Source: Eledone cirrhosa (Eukaryota). Taken from it: a stretch of 64,000 nucleotides of DNA. The stretch is from positions 17,608,001 to 17,672,000 of the forward strand of contig OZ024760.1 in NCBI GenBank assembly GCA_964016885.1, read 5' to 3'. The notes beneath the pieces were generated by a model, which was not told where the DNA came from, made no database searches, and saw only the letters and a list, made by a program, of their open reading frames with translations. Shown here in pieces: positions 38,701 through 53,000 of the stretch (its first letter is position 1; the number at the start of each line of letters is the position of its first letter). Position numbers and translations under genes: made by a program.

Positions 38701-39540
38701 AGCCGTCCAAGGGGAGATAATTTCCAGCCGTCCAAGGGGAGATAATTTCCAGCCGTCCAAGGGGAGATAATTTATTTAAAAAAATCAGGCGGAGATAATT
38801 TGTGAAAAAAATCAGGGGGAGATAATTTGTAAAAAAAATCAGGGGGAGATAATTTGTAAAAAAAAATCAGGGGGAGATAATTTGTAAAAAAAATCAAGGA
38901 GAGATAATTTCCAGCCGTCCAAGGGAAGATAATTTCCAGCCCTCCAAGTGGCTATAATTTCCAGTGTCCAAGGGGAGATAATTTCCAGCCAGCGAAGGGG
39001 AGATAATTTTTTTTAAAAAATCAGGGGGAGATTTGTAAAAAAAATCAGGGGGAGATAATTTGTAAAAAAAATCAAAGGGAGATAATTTCCAGCCGTCCAA
39101 AGAGAGATAATTTCTAGCCGTCCAAGGAGAGGTAATTTCTAGCCGTCCAAGGGGAGATAATTTCCAGCCGTCCAAGGGGAGATAATTTCCAGCCGTCCAA
39201 GGGGAGATAATTTTTTTTAAAAAATCAGGCGGAGATAACTTGTAAAAAAAAATCAGGGGGAGATAATTTGTAAAAAAAAATCAGGGGGAGATAATTTGTA
39301 AAAAAAAATCAGGGGGAGATAATTTGTAAAAAAAATCAAGGGGAGATAATTTCCAGCCGTCCAAGGGAAGATAATTTCCAGCCCTCCAAGGGGCTATAAT
39401 TTCCAGCGTCCAAGGGGAGATAATTTCCAGCCAGCGAAGGGGAGATAATTTTTTTTAAAAAATCATTGGGAGATTTGTAAAAAAAATCAGGGGAGATAAT
39501 TTGTAAAAAAAATCAAGGGGAGATAATTTCCAGCCGTCCA
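31880..39540 (+). repeat. ~3-kb block repeated at a 4541-bp offset, with an internal 676-bp tandem duplication (~35500-36880)
   Basis: Offsets of 4541 (33050/37591, 33620/38161, 34353/38894) and 676 (35525/36201/36877, 35764/36440). Confidence 0.85.
34976..35474 (+). repeat. Longest pure type B run seen (20 monomers)
   Basis: 499 bp = 19 x 25 + 24, with internal 125-bp and 100-bp re-iterations. Confidence 0.88.
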
Positions 39541-41049
39541 AGGGGAGGTAATATCTAGCCGTCCAAGGGGAGATAATTTCCAGCCGTCCAAGGGGAGATA
39601 AATTCCAGCCGTCCAAGGGTAGATAATATCCAGCCGTCCAAGGAGACATATTTTCCAGCCGTCCAAGGAGAGGTAATTTCTAGCCGTCCAAAGGGAGATA
39701 AATTCCAGCCTCCAAGGGGAGATAATTTCCAGCCAGCCAAGTGGAGATAATTTGTAAAAAGATCAGGGGGAGATAATTTGTAAAAAAAATCAGGGGGAGA
39801 TAATTTGTAAAAAAAAATCAGGTTGAGATAATTTGTAAAAAAAAATCAGGGGGAGATAATTTGTAAAAAAAATCAAGGGGAGATAATTTCCAGCCGTCCA
39901 AGGGGAGATAATTTTCAGCCGTCCAAGGGGAGATAATTTCCCGCCAGCCAAGGGAAGATAATATTTAAAAAAATCAGGCGGAGATAATTTGTAAAAAAAA
40001 TCAGGGGGAGATAATTTGTAAAAAAATCAGGGGGAGATAATTTGTAAAAAAAAATCAGGGGTAGATAATTTGTAAAAAAAAATAAGGGGGAGATAATTTG
40101 TAAAAAAAAATCAGGGGGAGATAATTTGTAAAAAAAATCAAGGGGAGATAATTTGTAAAAAAAATCAAGGGGAGATAATTTCCAGCCGTCCAAGGGGAGA
40201 TAATTTTCAGCCGCCCAAGGAGAGGTAATTTCAAGCCGTCCAAGGGGAGATAATTTCCAGCCGTCCAAGGGGAGATAATTTCCAGCCGTCCAAGGGGAGA
40301 TAATTTCCAGCCGTCCAAGGGTAGATAATATCCAGCCGTCCAAGGAGACATATTTGCCAGCCGTCCAAGGAGAGGTAATTTCTAGCCGTCCAAAGGGAGA
40401 TAAATTCCAGCCTCCAAGGGGAGATAATTTCCAGCCAGCCAAGGGGAGATAATTTGTAAAAAAATCAGGGGGAGATAATTTGTAAAAAATAATCAGGGGG
40501 AGATAATTTGTAAAAAAAAATCAGGGGGAGATAATTTGTAAAAAAAAATCAGGGGGAGATAATTTGTAAAAAAAATCAAGGGGAGATAATTTCCACCCGT
40601 CCAAGGGGAGATAATTTTCAGCCGTCCAAGGGGAGATAATTTCCCGCCAGCCAAGGGAAGATAATATTTAAAAAAATCAGGCGGAGATAATTTGTAAAAA
40701 AAATCAGGGGGAGATAATTTGTAAAAAAATCAGGGGGAGATAATTTGTAAAAAAAATCAGGGGTAGATAATTTGTAAAAAAAAATCAGGGGGAGATAATT
40801 TGTAAAAAAAAATCAGGGGGAGATAATTTGTAAAAAAAATCCAGGGGAGATAATTTGTAAAAAAAATCAAGGGGAGATAATTTCCAGCCGTCCAAGGGGA
40901 AATAATTTCCAGCCGTCCAAGGAGAGATAATTTTAAAAAAAAATCAGGCGGAGATAATTTGTAAAAAAAAATCAGGGGGAGATAATTTGTAAAAAAAAAT
41001 CAGGGGGAGATAATTTGTAAAAAAAATCAAGGGGAGATAATTTGCAGCC

Positions 41050-44000
41050 GTCCAAGGGGAGATAATTTCCAGCCGTCCAAGGGGAGGTAATATCTAGCCG
41101 TCCAAGGGGAGATAATTTCCAGCCGTGCAAGGGGAGATAATTTCCAGCCGTCCAAGTTTAGATAATATCCAGCCGTCCAAGGAGACATATTTTCCAGCCG
41201 TCCAAGGAGAGGTAATTTCTAGCCGTCCAAAGGGAGATAAATTCCAGCCTCCAAGGGGAGATAATTTCCAGCCAGCCAAGGGGAGATAATTTGTAAAAAG
41301 ATCAGGGGGAGATAATTTGTAAAAAAAATCAGGGGGAGATAATTTGTAAAAAAAAATCAGGGGGAGATAATTTGTAAAAAAAAAATCAGGGGGAGATAAT
41401 TTGTAAAAAAAATCAGGGGGAGATAATTTGTAAAAAAACTCAAGGGGAGATAATTTCCAGCCGTCCAAGGGGAGATAATTTTCAGCCGTCCAAGGGGAGA
41501 TAATTTCCCGCCAGCCAAGGGAAGATAATATTTAAAAAAATCAGGCGGAGATAATTTGTAAAAAAAATCAGGGGGAGATAATTTGTAAAAAAATCAGGGG
41601 GAGATAATTTGTAAAAAAAAATCAGGGGTAGATAATTTGTAAAAAAAAATAAGGGGGAGATAATTTGTAAAAAAAAATCAGGGGGAGATAATTTGTAAAA
41701 AAAATCAAGGGGAGATAATTTGTAAAAAAATCAAGGGGAGATAATTTCCAGCCGTCCAAGGGGAGATAATTTTCAGCCGTCCAAGGAGAGGTAATTTCAA
41801 GCCGTCCAAGGGGAGATAATTTCCAGCCGTCCAAGGGGAGATAATTTCCAGCCGTCCAAGGGGAGATCATTTTTTTTAAAAAATCAGGCGGAGATAATTT
41901 GTAAAAAAAATCAGGGGGAGATAATTTGTAAAAAAAATCAGGGGGAGATAATTTGTAAAAAAAAATCAGGGGGAGATAATTTGTAAAAAAAATCAAGGGG
42001 AGATAATTTCCAGCCGTCCAAGGGGAGATAATTTTCAGCCGTCCAAGGGGAGATAATTTCCCGCCAGCCAAGGGAAGATAATATTAAAAAAAATCAGGAT
42101 GATAATTTGTAAAAAAAATCAGGGGGAGATAATTTGTAAAAAAATCAGGGGGAGATAATTTGTAAAAAAAATCAGGGGTAGATAATTTGTAAAAAAAAAT
42201 CAAGGGGAGATAATTTGTAAAAAAAAATCAGGGGGAGATAATTTGTAAAAAAAATCAAGGGGAGATAATTTGTAAAAAAAATCAAGGGGAGATAATTTCC
42301 AGCCGTCCAAGGGGAGATAATTTTCAGCCGTCCAAGGAGAGGTAATTTCAAGCCGTCCAAGGGGAGATAATTTCCAGCCGTCCAAGGGGAGATAATTTCC
42401 AGCCGTCCAAGGGGAGATAATTTCCAGCCGTCCAAGGGTAGATAAAATCCAGCCGTCCAAGGAGACATATTTGCCAGCCGTCCAAGGAGAGGTAATTTCT
42501 AGACGTCCAAAGGGAGATAAATTCCAGCCTCCAAGGGGAGATAATTTCCAGCCAGCCAAGGGGAGATAATTTGTAAAAAAATCAGGGGGAGATAATTTGT
42601 AAAAAAAATCAGGGGGAGATAATTTGTAAAAAAAAATCAGGGGGAGATAATTTGTAAAAAAAAATCAGGGGGAGATAATTTGTAAAAAAAAATCAGGGGG
42701 AGATAATTTGTAAAAAATATCAAGGGGAGATAATTTCCAGCCGTCCAAGGGGAGATAATTTTCAGCCGTCCAAGGGGAGATAATTTCCCGCCAGCCAAGG
42801 GAAGATAATATTTAAAAAAATCAGGGGGAGATAATTTGTAAAAAAAATCAAGGGGAGATAATTTGTAAAAAAAATCAAGGGGAGATAATTTCCAGCCGTC
42901 CAAGGGGAGATAATTTTCAGCCGTCCAAGGAGAGGTAATTTCAAGCCGTCCAAGGGGAGATAATTTCCAGCCGTCCAAGGGGAGATAATTTCCAGCCGTC
43001 CAAGGGGAGATAATTTTTTTAAAAAAATCAGTCGGAGATAATTTGTAAAAACAATCAGGGGGAGATAATTTGTAAAGAAAAATCAGGGGGAGATAATTTG
43101 TAAAAAAAAATCAGGGGGAGATAATTTGTAAAAAAAAATCAGGGGGAGATAATTTGTAAAAAAAATCAAGGGGAGATAATTTCCAGCCGTCCAAGGGGAG
43201 ATAATTTTCAGCCGTCCAAGGGGAGATAATTTCCCGCCAGCCAAGGGGAGATAATATTTAAAAAAATCAGGCGGAGATAATTTGTAAAAAAAATCAGGGG
43301 GAGATAATTTGTAAAAAAATCAGGGGGAGATAATTTGTAAAAAAAAATCAGGGGTAGATAATTTGTAAAAAAAAATCAGGGGAGATAATTTGTAAAAAAA
43401 ATCAGGGGGAGATAATTTGTAAAAAAAATCAAGGGGAGATAATTTGTAAAAAAAATCAAGGGGAGGTAATTTCCAGCCGTCCAAGGGGAGATAATTTTCA
43501 GCCGTCCAAGGAGAGGTAATTTCAAGCCGTCCAAGGGGAGATAATTTCCAGCCGTCCAAGGGGAGATAATTTCCAGCCGTCCAAGGGGAGATAATTTCCA
43601 GCCGTCCAAGGGTAGATAATATCCAGCCGTCCAAGGAGACATATTTGCCAGCCGTCCAAGGAGAGGTAATTTCTAGCCGTCCAAAGGGAGATAAATTCCA
43701 GCCTCCAAGGGGAGATAATTTCCAGCCAGCCAAGGGGAGATAATTTGTAAAAAAATCAGGGGGAGATAATTTGTAAAAAAAATCAGGGGGAGATAATTTG
43801 TAAAAAAAAATCAGGGGGAGATAATTTGTAAAAAAAAATCAGGGGGAGATAATTTGTAAAAAAAATCAAGGGGAGATAATTTCCACCCGTCCAAGGGGAG
43901 ATAATTTTCAGCCGTCCAAGGGGAGATAATTTCCCGCCAGCCAAGGGAAGATAATATTTAAAAAAATCAGGCGGAGATAATTTGTAAAAAAAATCAGGGG

Positions 44001-47000
44001 GAGATAATTTGTAAAAAAATCAGGGGAGATAATTTGTAAAAAAAAATCAGGGGTAGATAATTTGTAAAAAAAAATCAGGGGGAGATAATTTGTAAAAAAA
44101 AATCAGGGGGAGATAATTTGTCAAAAAAATCAAGGGGAGATAATTTGTAAAAAAAATCAAGGGGAGATAATTTCCAGCCGTCCAAGGGAAGATAATTTTT
44201 AAAAAAATCAGGCGGAGATTGTAAAAAAAATCAGGGGGAGGTAATTTGTAAAAAAAATCAGGGGGAGATAATTTGTAAAAAAAATCAGGGGTAGATAATT
44301 TGTAAAAAAAATCAGGGGGAGATAATTTGTAAAAAAAAATCAGGGGGAGATAATTTGTAAAAAAAATCAAGGGGAGATAATTTGCAGCCGTCCAAGGGGA
44401 GATAATTTTCAGCCGTCCAAGGAGAGGTAATTTCTAGCCGTCCAAGGGGAGATAATTTCCAGCCGTCCAAGGGGAGATAATTTCCAGCCGTCCAAGGGAA
44501 GATAATTTCCAGCCCTCCAAGGGGCTATAATTTCCAGCCGTCCAAGGGGAGGTAATATCTAGCCGTCCAAGGGGAGATAATTTCCAGCCGTCCAAGGGGA
44601 GATAATTTCCAGCCGTTCAAGGGTAGATAATATCCAGCCGTCCAAGGAGACATATTTTCCAGCCGTCCAAGGAGAGGTAATTTCTAGCCGTCCAAAGGGA
44701 GATAATTTCCAGCCGTCCAAGGGGAGATAATTTTCAGCCGTCCAAGGGGAGATAATTTCCCGCCAGCCAAGGGAAGATAATATTTAAAAAAATCAGGGGG
44801 AGATAATTTGTAAAAAAAATCAGGGGGAGATAATTTGTAAAAAAATCAGGGGGAGATAATTTGTAAAAAAAAATCAGGGGTAGATAATTTGTAAAAAAAA
44901 ATAAGGGGGAGATAATTTGTAAAAAAAAATCAGGGGGAGATAATTTGTAAAAAAAATCAAGGGGAGATAATTTGTAAAAAAAATCAAGGGGAGATAATTT
45001 CCAGCCGTCCAAGGGGAGATAATTTTCAGCCGTCCAAGGAGAGGTAATTTCAAGCCGTCCAAGGGGAGATAATTTCCAGCCGTCCAAGGGGAGATAATTT
45101 CCAGCCGTCCAAGGGGAGATAATTTTTTTTAAAAAATCAGGCGGAGATAATTTATAAAAAAAATCAGGGGGAGATAATTTGTAAAAAAAAATCAGGGGGA
45201 GATAATTTGTAAAAAAAAATCAGGGGGAGATAATTTGTAAAAAAAAATCAGGGGGAGATAATTTGTAAAAAAACTCAAGGGGAGATAATTTCCAGCCGTC
45301 CAACGGGAGATAATTTTCAGCCGTCCAAGGGGAGATAATTTCCCGCCAGCCAAGGGAAGATAATATTTAAAAAAATCAGGGGGAGATAATTTGTAAAAAA
45401 ATCAGGGGGAGATAATTTGTAAAAAAAAATCAGGGGTAGATAATTTGTAAAAAAAAATAAGGGGGAGATAATTTGTAAAAAAAAATCAGGGGGAGATAAT
45501 TTGTAAAAAAAATCAAGGGGAGATAATTTGTAAAAAAAATCAAGGGGAGATAATTTCCAGCCGTCCAAGGGGAGATAATTTTCAGCCGTCCAAGGAGAGG
45601 TAATTTCAAGCCGTCCAAGGGGAGATAATTTCCAGCCGTCCAAGGGGAGATAATTTCCAGCCGTCCAAGGGGAGATAATTTTTTTAAAAAAATCAGGCGG
45701 AGATAATTTGTAAAAAAAATCAGGGGGAGATAATTTGTAAAAAAAAATCAGGGGGAGATAATTTGTAAAAAAAATCAGGTGGAGATAATTTGTAAAAAAA
45801 AATCAGGGGGAGATAATTTGTAAAAAAATCAAGGGGAGATAATTTCCAGCCGTCCAAGGGGAGATAATTTGTAAAAAAATCAGGGGGAGATAATTTGTAC
45901 AAAAAAATCAGGGGTAGATAATTTGTAAAAAAAATCAGGGGGAGATAATTTGTAAAAAAAAATCAGGGGGAGATAATTTGTAAAAAAAATCAAGGGGAGA
46001 TAATTTGTAAAATAAATCAAGGGGAGATAATTTCCAGCCGTCCAAGGGGAGATAATTTTCAGCCGTCCAAGGAGAGGTAATTTCAAGCCGTCCAAGGGGA
46101 GATAATTTCCAGCCGTCCAAGGGGAGATAATTTCCAGCCGTCCAAGGGGAGATAATTTCCAGCCGTCCAAGGGTAGATAAAATCCAGCCGTCCAAGGAGA
46201 CATATTTGCCAGCCGTCCAAGGAGAGGTAATTTCTAGCCGTCCAAAGGGAGATAAATTCCAGCCTCCAAGGGGAGATAATTTCCAGCCAGCCAAGGGGAG
46301 ATAATTTGTAAAAAAATCAGGGGGAGATAATTTGTAAAAAAAATCAGGGGGAGATAATTTGTAAAAAAAAATCAGGGGGAGATAATTTGTAAAAAAAAAT
46401 CAGGGGGAGATAATTTGTAAAAAAAATCAGGAGGAGATAATTTGTAAAAAAAATCAAGGGGAGATAATTTCCAGCCGTCCAAGGGGAGATAATTTTCAGC
46501 CGTCCAAGGGGAGATAATTTCCCGCCAACCAAGGGAAGATAATATTTAAAAAAATCAGGGGGAGATAATTTGTAAAAAAAATCAAGGGGAGATAATTTGT
46601 AAAAAAAATCAAGGGGAGATAATTTCCAGCCGTCCAAGGGGAGATAATTTTCAGCCGTCCAAGGAGAGGTAATTTCAAGCCGTCCAAGGGGAGATAATTT
46701 CCAGCCGTCCAAGGGGAGATAATTTAAAAAAAAAAATCAGTCGGAGATAATTTGTAAAAAAAATCAGGGGGAGATAATTTGTAAAAAAAAATCAGGGGGA
46801 GATAATTTGTAAAAAAAAATCAGGGGGAGATAATTTGTAAAAAAAATCAGGGGGAGATAATTTGTAAAAAAATCAGGGAGATAATTTGTAAAAAAAAATC
46901 AGGGGTAGATAATTTGTAAAAAAAAATCAGGGGAGATAATTTGTAAAAAAAATCAGGGGAGATAATTTGTAAAAAAAATCAAGGGGAGATAATTTGTAAA

Positions 47001-50000
47001 AAAAATCAAGGGGAGATAATTTCCAGCCGTCCAAGGGGAGATAATTTCCAGCCGTCCAAGGGTAGATAATATCCAGCCGTCCAAGGAGACATATTTGCCA
47101 GCCGTCCAAGGAGAGGTAATTTCTAGCCGTCCAAAGGGAGATAAATTCCAGCCTCCAAGGGGAGATAATTTCCAGCCAGCCAAGGGGATATAATTTGTAA
47201 AAAAATCAGGGGGAGATAATTTGTAAAAAAAATCAGGGGGAGATAATTTGTAAAAAAAAATCAGGGGGAGATAATTTGTAAAAAAAAATCAGGGGGAGAT
47301 AATTTGTAAAAAATATCAAGGGGAGATAATTTCCACCCGTCCAAGGGGAGATAATTTTCAGCCGTCCAAGGGGAAATAATTTCCCGCCAGCCAAGGGAAG
47401 ATAATATTTAAAAAAATCAGGCGGAGATAATTTGTAAAAAAAATCAGGGGGAGATAATTTGTAAAAAAATCAGGGGAGATAATTTGTAAAAAAAAATTAG
47501 GGGTAGATAATTTGTAAAAAAAAATCAGGGGGAGATAATTTGTAAAAAAAAATCAGGGGGAGATAATTTGTAAAAAAAATCAAGGGGAGATAATTTGTAA
47601 AAAAAATCAAGGGGAGATAATTTCCAGCCGTCCAAGGGAAGATAATTTTTAAAAAAATCAGGCGGAGATTGTAAAAAAAATCAGGGGGAGGTAATTTGTA
47701 AAAAAAATCAGCGGGAGATAATTTGTAAAATAAATCAGGGGTAGATAATTTGTAAAAAAAATCAGGGGGAGATAATTTGTAAAAAAAAATCAGGGGGAGA
47801 TAATTTGTAAAAAAAATCAAGGGGAGATAATTTGCAGCCGTCCAAGGGGAGATAATTTTCAGCCGTTCAAGGAGAGGTAATTTCTAGCCGTCCAAGGGGA
47901 GATAATTTCCAGCCGTCCAAGGGGAGATAATTTCCAGCCGTCCAAGGGGAGATAATTTTCAGCCGTCCAAGGGGAGATAATTTCCCGCCAGCCAAGGGAA
48001 GATAATATTTAAAAAAATCAGGCGGAGATAATTTGTAAAAAAAATCAGGGGGAGATAATTTGTAAAAAAATCAGGGGAGATAATTTGTAAAAAAAAATCA
48101 GGGGTAGATAATTTGTAAAAAAAAATCAGGGGGAGATAATTTGTAAAAAAAAATCAGGGGGAGATAATTTGTCAAAAAAATCAAGGGGAGATAATTTGTA
48201 AAAAAAATCAAGGGGAGATAATTTCCAGCCGTCCAAGGGAAGGTAATTTTTAAAAAAATCAGGCGGAGATTGTAAAAAAAATCAGGGGGAGGTAATTTGT
48301 AAAAAAAATCAGGGGGAGATAATTTGTAAAAAAAATCAGGGGTAGATAATTTGTAAAAAAAATCAGGGGGAGATAATTTGTAAAAAAAAATCAGGGGGAG
48401 ATAATTTGTAAAAAAAATCAAGGGGAGATAATTTGCAGCCGTCCAAGGGGAGATAATTTTCAGCCGTTCAAGGAGAGGTAATTTCTAGCCGTCCAAGGGG
48501 AGATAATTTCCAGCCGTACAAGGGGAGATAATTTCCAGCCGTCCAAGGGAAGATAATTTTTTTAAAAAAATCAGGCGGAGATAATTTGTAAAAAAAAAAT
48601 CAGGGGTAGATAATTTGTAAAAAAAAATCAGGGGGAGATAATTTGTAAAAAAAAATCAGGGGGAGATAATTTGTAAAAAAAATCAAGGGGAGATAATTTG
48701 TAAAAAAAATCAAGGGGAGATAATTTCCAGCCGTCCAAGGGGAGATAATTTTCAGCCGTCCAAGGAGAGGTAATTTCAAGCCGTCCAAGGGGAGATAATT
48801 TCCAGCCGTCCAAGGGGAGATAATTTCCAGCCGTCCAAGGGTAGATAATTTCCAGCCGTCCAAGGGTAGATAAAATCCAGCCGTCCAAGGAGACATATTT
48901 GCCAGCCGTCCAAGGAGAGGTAATTTCTAGCCGTCCAAAGGGAGATAAATTCTAGCCTCCAAGGGGAGATAATTTCCAGCCAGCCAAGGGGAGATAATTT
49001 GTAAAAAAATCAGGGGGAGATAATTTGTAAAAAAAATCAGGGGAGATAATTTGTAAAAAAAAATCAGGGGGAGATAATTTGTAAAAAAAAATCAGGGGGA
49101 GATAATTTGTAAAAAAAATCAAGGGGAGATAATTTCCAGCCGTCCAAGGGGAGATAATTTTCAGCCGTCCAAGGGGAGATAATTTCCCGCCAGCCAAGGG
49201 AAGATAATATTTAAAAAAATCAGGGGGAGATAATTTGTAAAAAAAATCAAGGGGAGATAATTTGTAAAAAAAATCAAGGGGAGATAATTTCCAGCCGTCC
49301 AAGGGGAGATAATTTTCAGCCGTCCAAGGAGAGGTAATTTCAAGCCGTCCAAGGGGAGATAATTTCCAGCCGTCCAAGGGGAGATAATTTCCAGCCGTCC
49401 AAGGTGAGATAATTTTTTAAAAATCAGTCGGAGATAATTTGTAAAAAAAATCAGGGGGAGATAATTTGTAAAAAAAAATCAGGGGGAGATAATTTGTAAA
49501 AAAAAATCAGGGGGAGATAATTTGTAAAAAAAAATCAGGGGGAGATAATTTGTAAAAAAAATCAAGGGGAGATAATTTCCAGCCGTCCAAGGGGAGATAA
49601 TTTTCAGCCGTCCAAGGGGAGATAATTTCCCGCCAGCCAAGGGGAGATAATATTTAAAAAAATCAGGCGTAGATAATTTGTAAAAAAAAATCAGGGGGAG
49701 ATAATTTGTAAAAAAATCAGGGGGAGATAATTTGTAAAAAAAAATCAGGGGTAGATAATTTGTAAAAAAAAATCAGGGGAGATAATTTGTAAAAAAAAAT
49801 CAGGGGGAGATAATTTGTAAAAAAAATCAAGGGTAGATAATTTGTAAAAAAAATCAAGTGGAGATAATTTCCAGCCGTCCAAGGGGAGATAATTTTCAGC
49901 CGTCCAAGGAGAGGTAATTTCCAGCCGTCCAAGGGTAGATAATATCCAGCCGTCCAAGGAGACATATTTGCCAGCCGTCCAAGGAGAGGTAATTTCCAGC

Positions 50001-53000
50001 CGTCCAAAGGGAGATAAATTCCAGCCTCCAAGGGGAGATAATTTCCAGCCAGCCAAGGGGAGATAATTTGTAAAAAAATCAGGGGGAGATAATTTGTAAA
50101 AAAAATCAGGGGGAGATAATTTGTAAAAAAAAATCAGGGGGAGATAATTTGTAAAAAAAAATCAGGGGGAGATAATTTGTAAAAAAAAATCAGGGGGAGA
50201 TAATTTGTAAAAAAAAATCAAGGGGAGATAATTTCCACCCGTCCAAGGGGAGATAATTTTCAGCCGTCCAAGGGGAGATAATTTCCCACCAGCCAAGGGA
50301 AGATAATATTTAAAAAAATCAGGCGGAGATAATTTGTAAAAAAAATCAGGGGGAGATAATTTGTAAAAAAATCAGGGGAGATAATTTCCAGCCGTCCAAG
50401 GGGAGGTAATATCTAGCCGTCCAAGGGGAGATAATTTCCAGCCGTGCAAGGGGAGATAATTTCCAGCCGTCCAAGTTTAGATAATATCCAGCCGTCCAAG
50501 GAGACATATTTTCCAGCCGTCCAAGGAGAGGTAATTTCTAGCCGTCCAAAGGGAGATAAATTCCAGCCTCCAAGGGGAGATAATTTCCAGCCAGCCAAGG
50601 GGAGATAATTTGTAAAAAGATCAGGGGGAGATAATTTGTAAAAAAAATCAGGGGGAGATAATTTGTAAAAAAAAATCAGGGGGAGATAATTTGTAAAAAA
50701 AAATCAGGGGGAGATAATTTGTAAAAAAAAATCAGGGGGAGATAATTTGTAAAAAAACTCAAGGGGAGATAATTTCCAGCCGTCCAAGGGGAGATAATTT
50801 TCAGCCGTCCAAGGGGAGATAATTTCCCGCCAGCCAAGGGAAGATAATATTTAAAAAAATCAGGCGGAGATAATTTGTAAAAAAAATCAGGGGGAGATAA
50901 TTTGTAAAAAAATCAGGGGGAGATAATTTGTAAAAAAAAATCAGGGGTAGATAATTTGTAAAAAAAAATAAGGGGGAGATAATTTGTAAAAAAAAATCAG
51001 GGGGAGATAATTTGTAAAAAAAATCAAGGGGAGATAATTTGTAAAAAAAATCAAGGGGAGATAATTTCCAGCCGTCCAAGGGCAGATAATTTTCAGCCGT
51101 CCAAGGAGAGGTAATTTCAAGCGGTCCAAGGGGAGATAATTTCCAGCCGTCCAAGGGGAGATAATTTCCAGCCGTCCAAGGGGAGATAATTTTTTTAAAA
51201 AAATCAGGCGGAGATAATTTGTAAAAAAAATCAGGGGGAGATAATTTGTAAAAAAAAATCAGGGGGAGATAATTTGTGAAAAAAATCAGGGGGAGATAAT
51301 TTGTAAAAAAAAATCAGGGGGAGATAATTTGTAAAAAAAATCAAGGGGAGATAATTTCCAGCCGTCCAAGGGGAGATAATTTTCAGCCGTCCAAGGGGAG
51401 ATAATTTCCCGCCAGCCAAGGGAAGATAATATTAAAAAAAATCAGGATGATAATTTGTAAAAAAAATCAGGGGGAGATAATTTGTAAAAAAATCAGGGGG
51501 AGATAATTTGTAAAAAAAAATCAGGGGTAGATAATTTGTAAAAAAAAATCAAGGGGAGATAATTTGTAAAAAAAAATCAGGGGGAGATAATTTGTAAAAA
51601 AAATCAAGGGGAGATAATTTGTAAAAAAAATCAAGGGGAGATAATTTCCAGCCGTCCAAGGGGAGATAATTTTCAGCCGTCCAAGGAGAGGTAATTTCAA
51701 GCCGTCCAAGGGGAGATAATTTCCAGCCGTCCAAGGGGAGATAATTTCCAGCCGTCCAAGGGGAGATAATTTCCAGCCGTCCAAGGGTAGATAAAATCCA
51801 GCCGTCCAAGGAGACATATTTGCCAGCCGTCCGAGGAGAGGTAATTTCTAGCCGTCCAAAGGGAGATAAATTCCAGCCTCCAAGGGGAGATAATTTCCAG
51901 CCAGCCAAGGGGAGATAATTTGTAAAAAAATCAGGGGGAGATAATTTGTAAAAAAAATCAGGGGGAGATAATTTGTAAAAAAAAATCAGGGGGAGATAAT
52001 TTGTAAAAAAAATCAGGGGGAGATAATTTGTAAAAAAAAATCAGGGGGAGATAATTTGTAAAAAAAATCAAGGGGAGATAATTTGTAAAAAAAATCGAGG
52101 GGAGATAATTTCCAGCCGTCCAAGGGGAAATCATTTCCAGCCGTCCAAGGAGAGATAATTTAAAAAAAAAATCAGGCGGAGATAATTTGTAAAAAAAAAT
52201 CAGGGGGAGATAATTTGTAAAAAAAAATCAGGGGGAGATAATTTGTAAAAAAAATCAAGGGGAGATAATTTCCAGCCGTCCAAGGGGAGATAATTTTCAG
52301 CCGTCCAAGGAGAGGTAATTTCAAGCCGTCCAAGGGGAGATAATTTCCAGCCGTCCAAGGGGAGATAATTTCCAGCCGTCCAAGGGGAGATAATTTTTTT
52401 AAAAAATCAGGCGGAGATAATTTGTAAAAAAATCAAGGGGAGATAATTTGCAGCCGTCCAAGGGGAGATAATTTTCAGTCGTCCAAGGAGAGGTAATTTC
52501 TAGCCGTCCAAGGGGAGATAATTTCCAGCCGTCCAAGGGGAGATAATTTCCAGCCGTCCAAGGGGAGATAATTTTTTTAAAAAAATCAGGCGGAGATAAT
52601 TTGTGAAAAAAATCAGGGGGAGATAATTTGTAAAAAAAATCAGGGGGAGATAATTTGTAAAAAAAAATCAGGGGGAGATAATTTGTAAAAAAAATCAAGG
52701 AGAGATAATTTCCAGCCGTCCAAGGGAAGATAATTTCCAGCCCTCCAAGTGGCTATAATTTCCAGTGTCCAAGGGGAGATAATTTCCAGCCAGCGAAGGG
52801 GAGATAATTTTTTTTAAAAAATCAGGGGGAGATTTGTAAAAAAAATCAGGGGGAGATAATTTGTAAAAAAAATCAAAGGGAGATAATTTCCAGCCGTCCA
52901 AAGAGAGATAATTTCTAGCCGTCCAAGGAGAGGTAATTTCTAGCCGTCCAAGGGGAGATAATTTCCAGCCGTCCAAGGGGAGATAATTTCCAGCCGTCCA

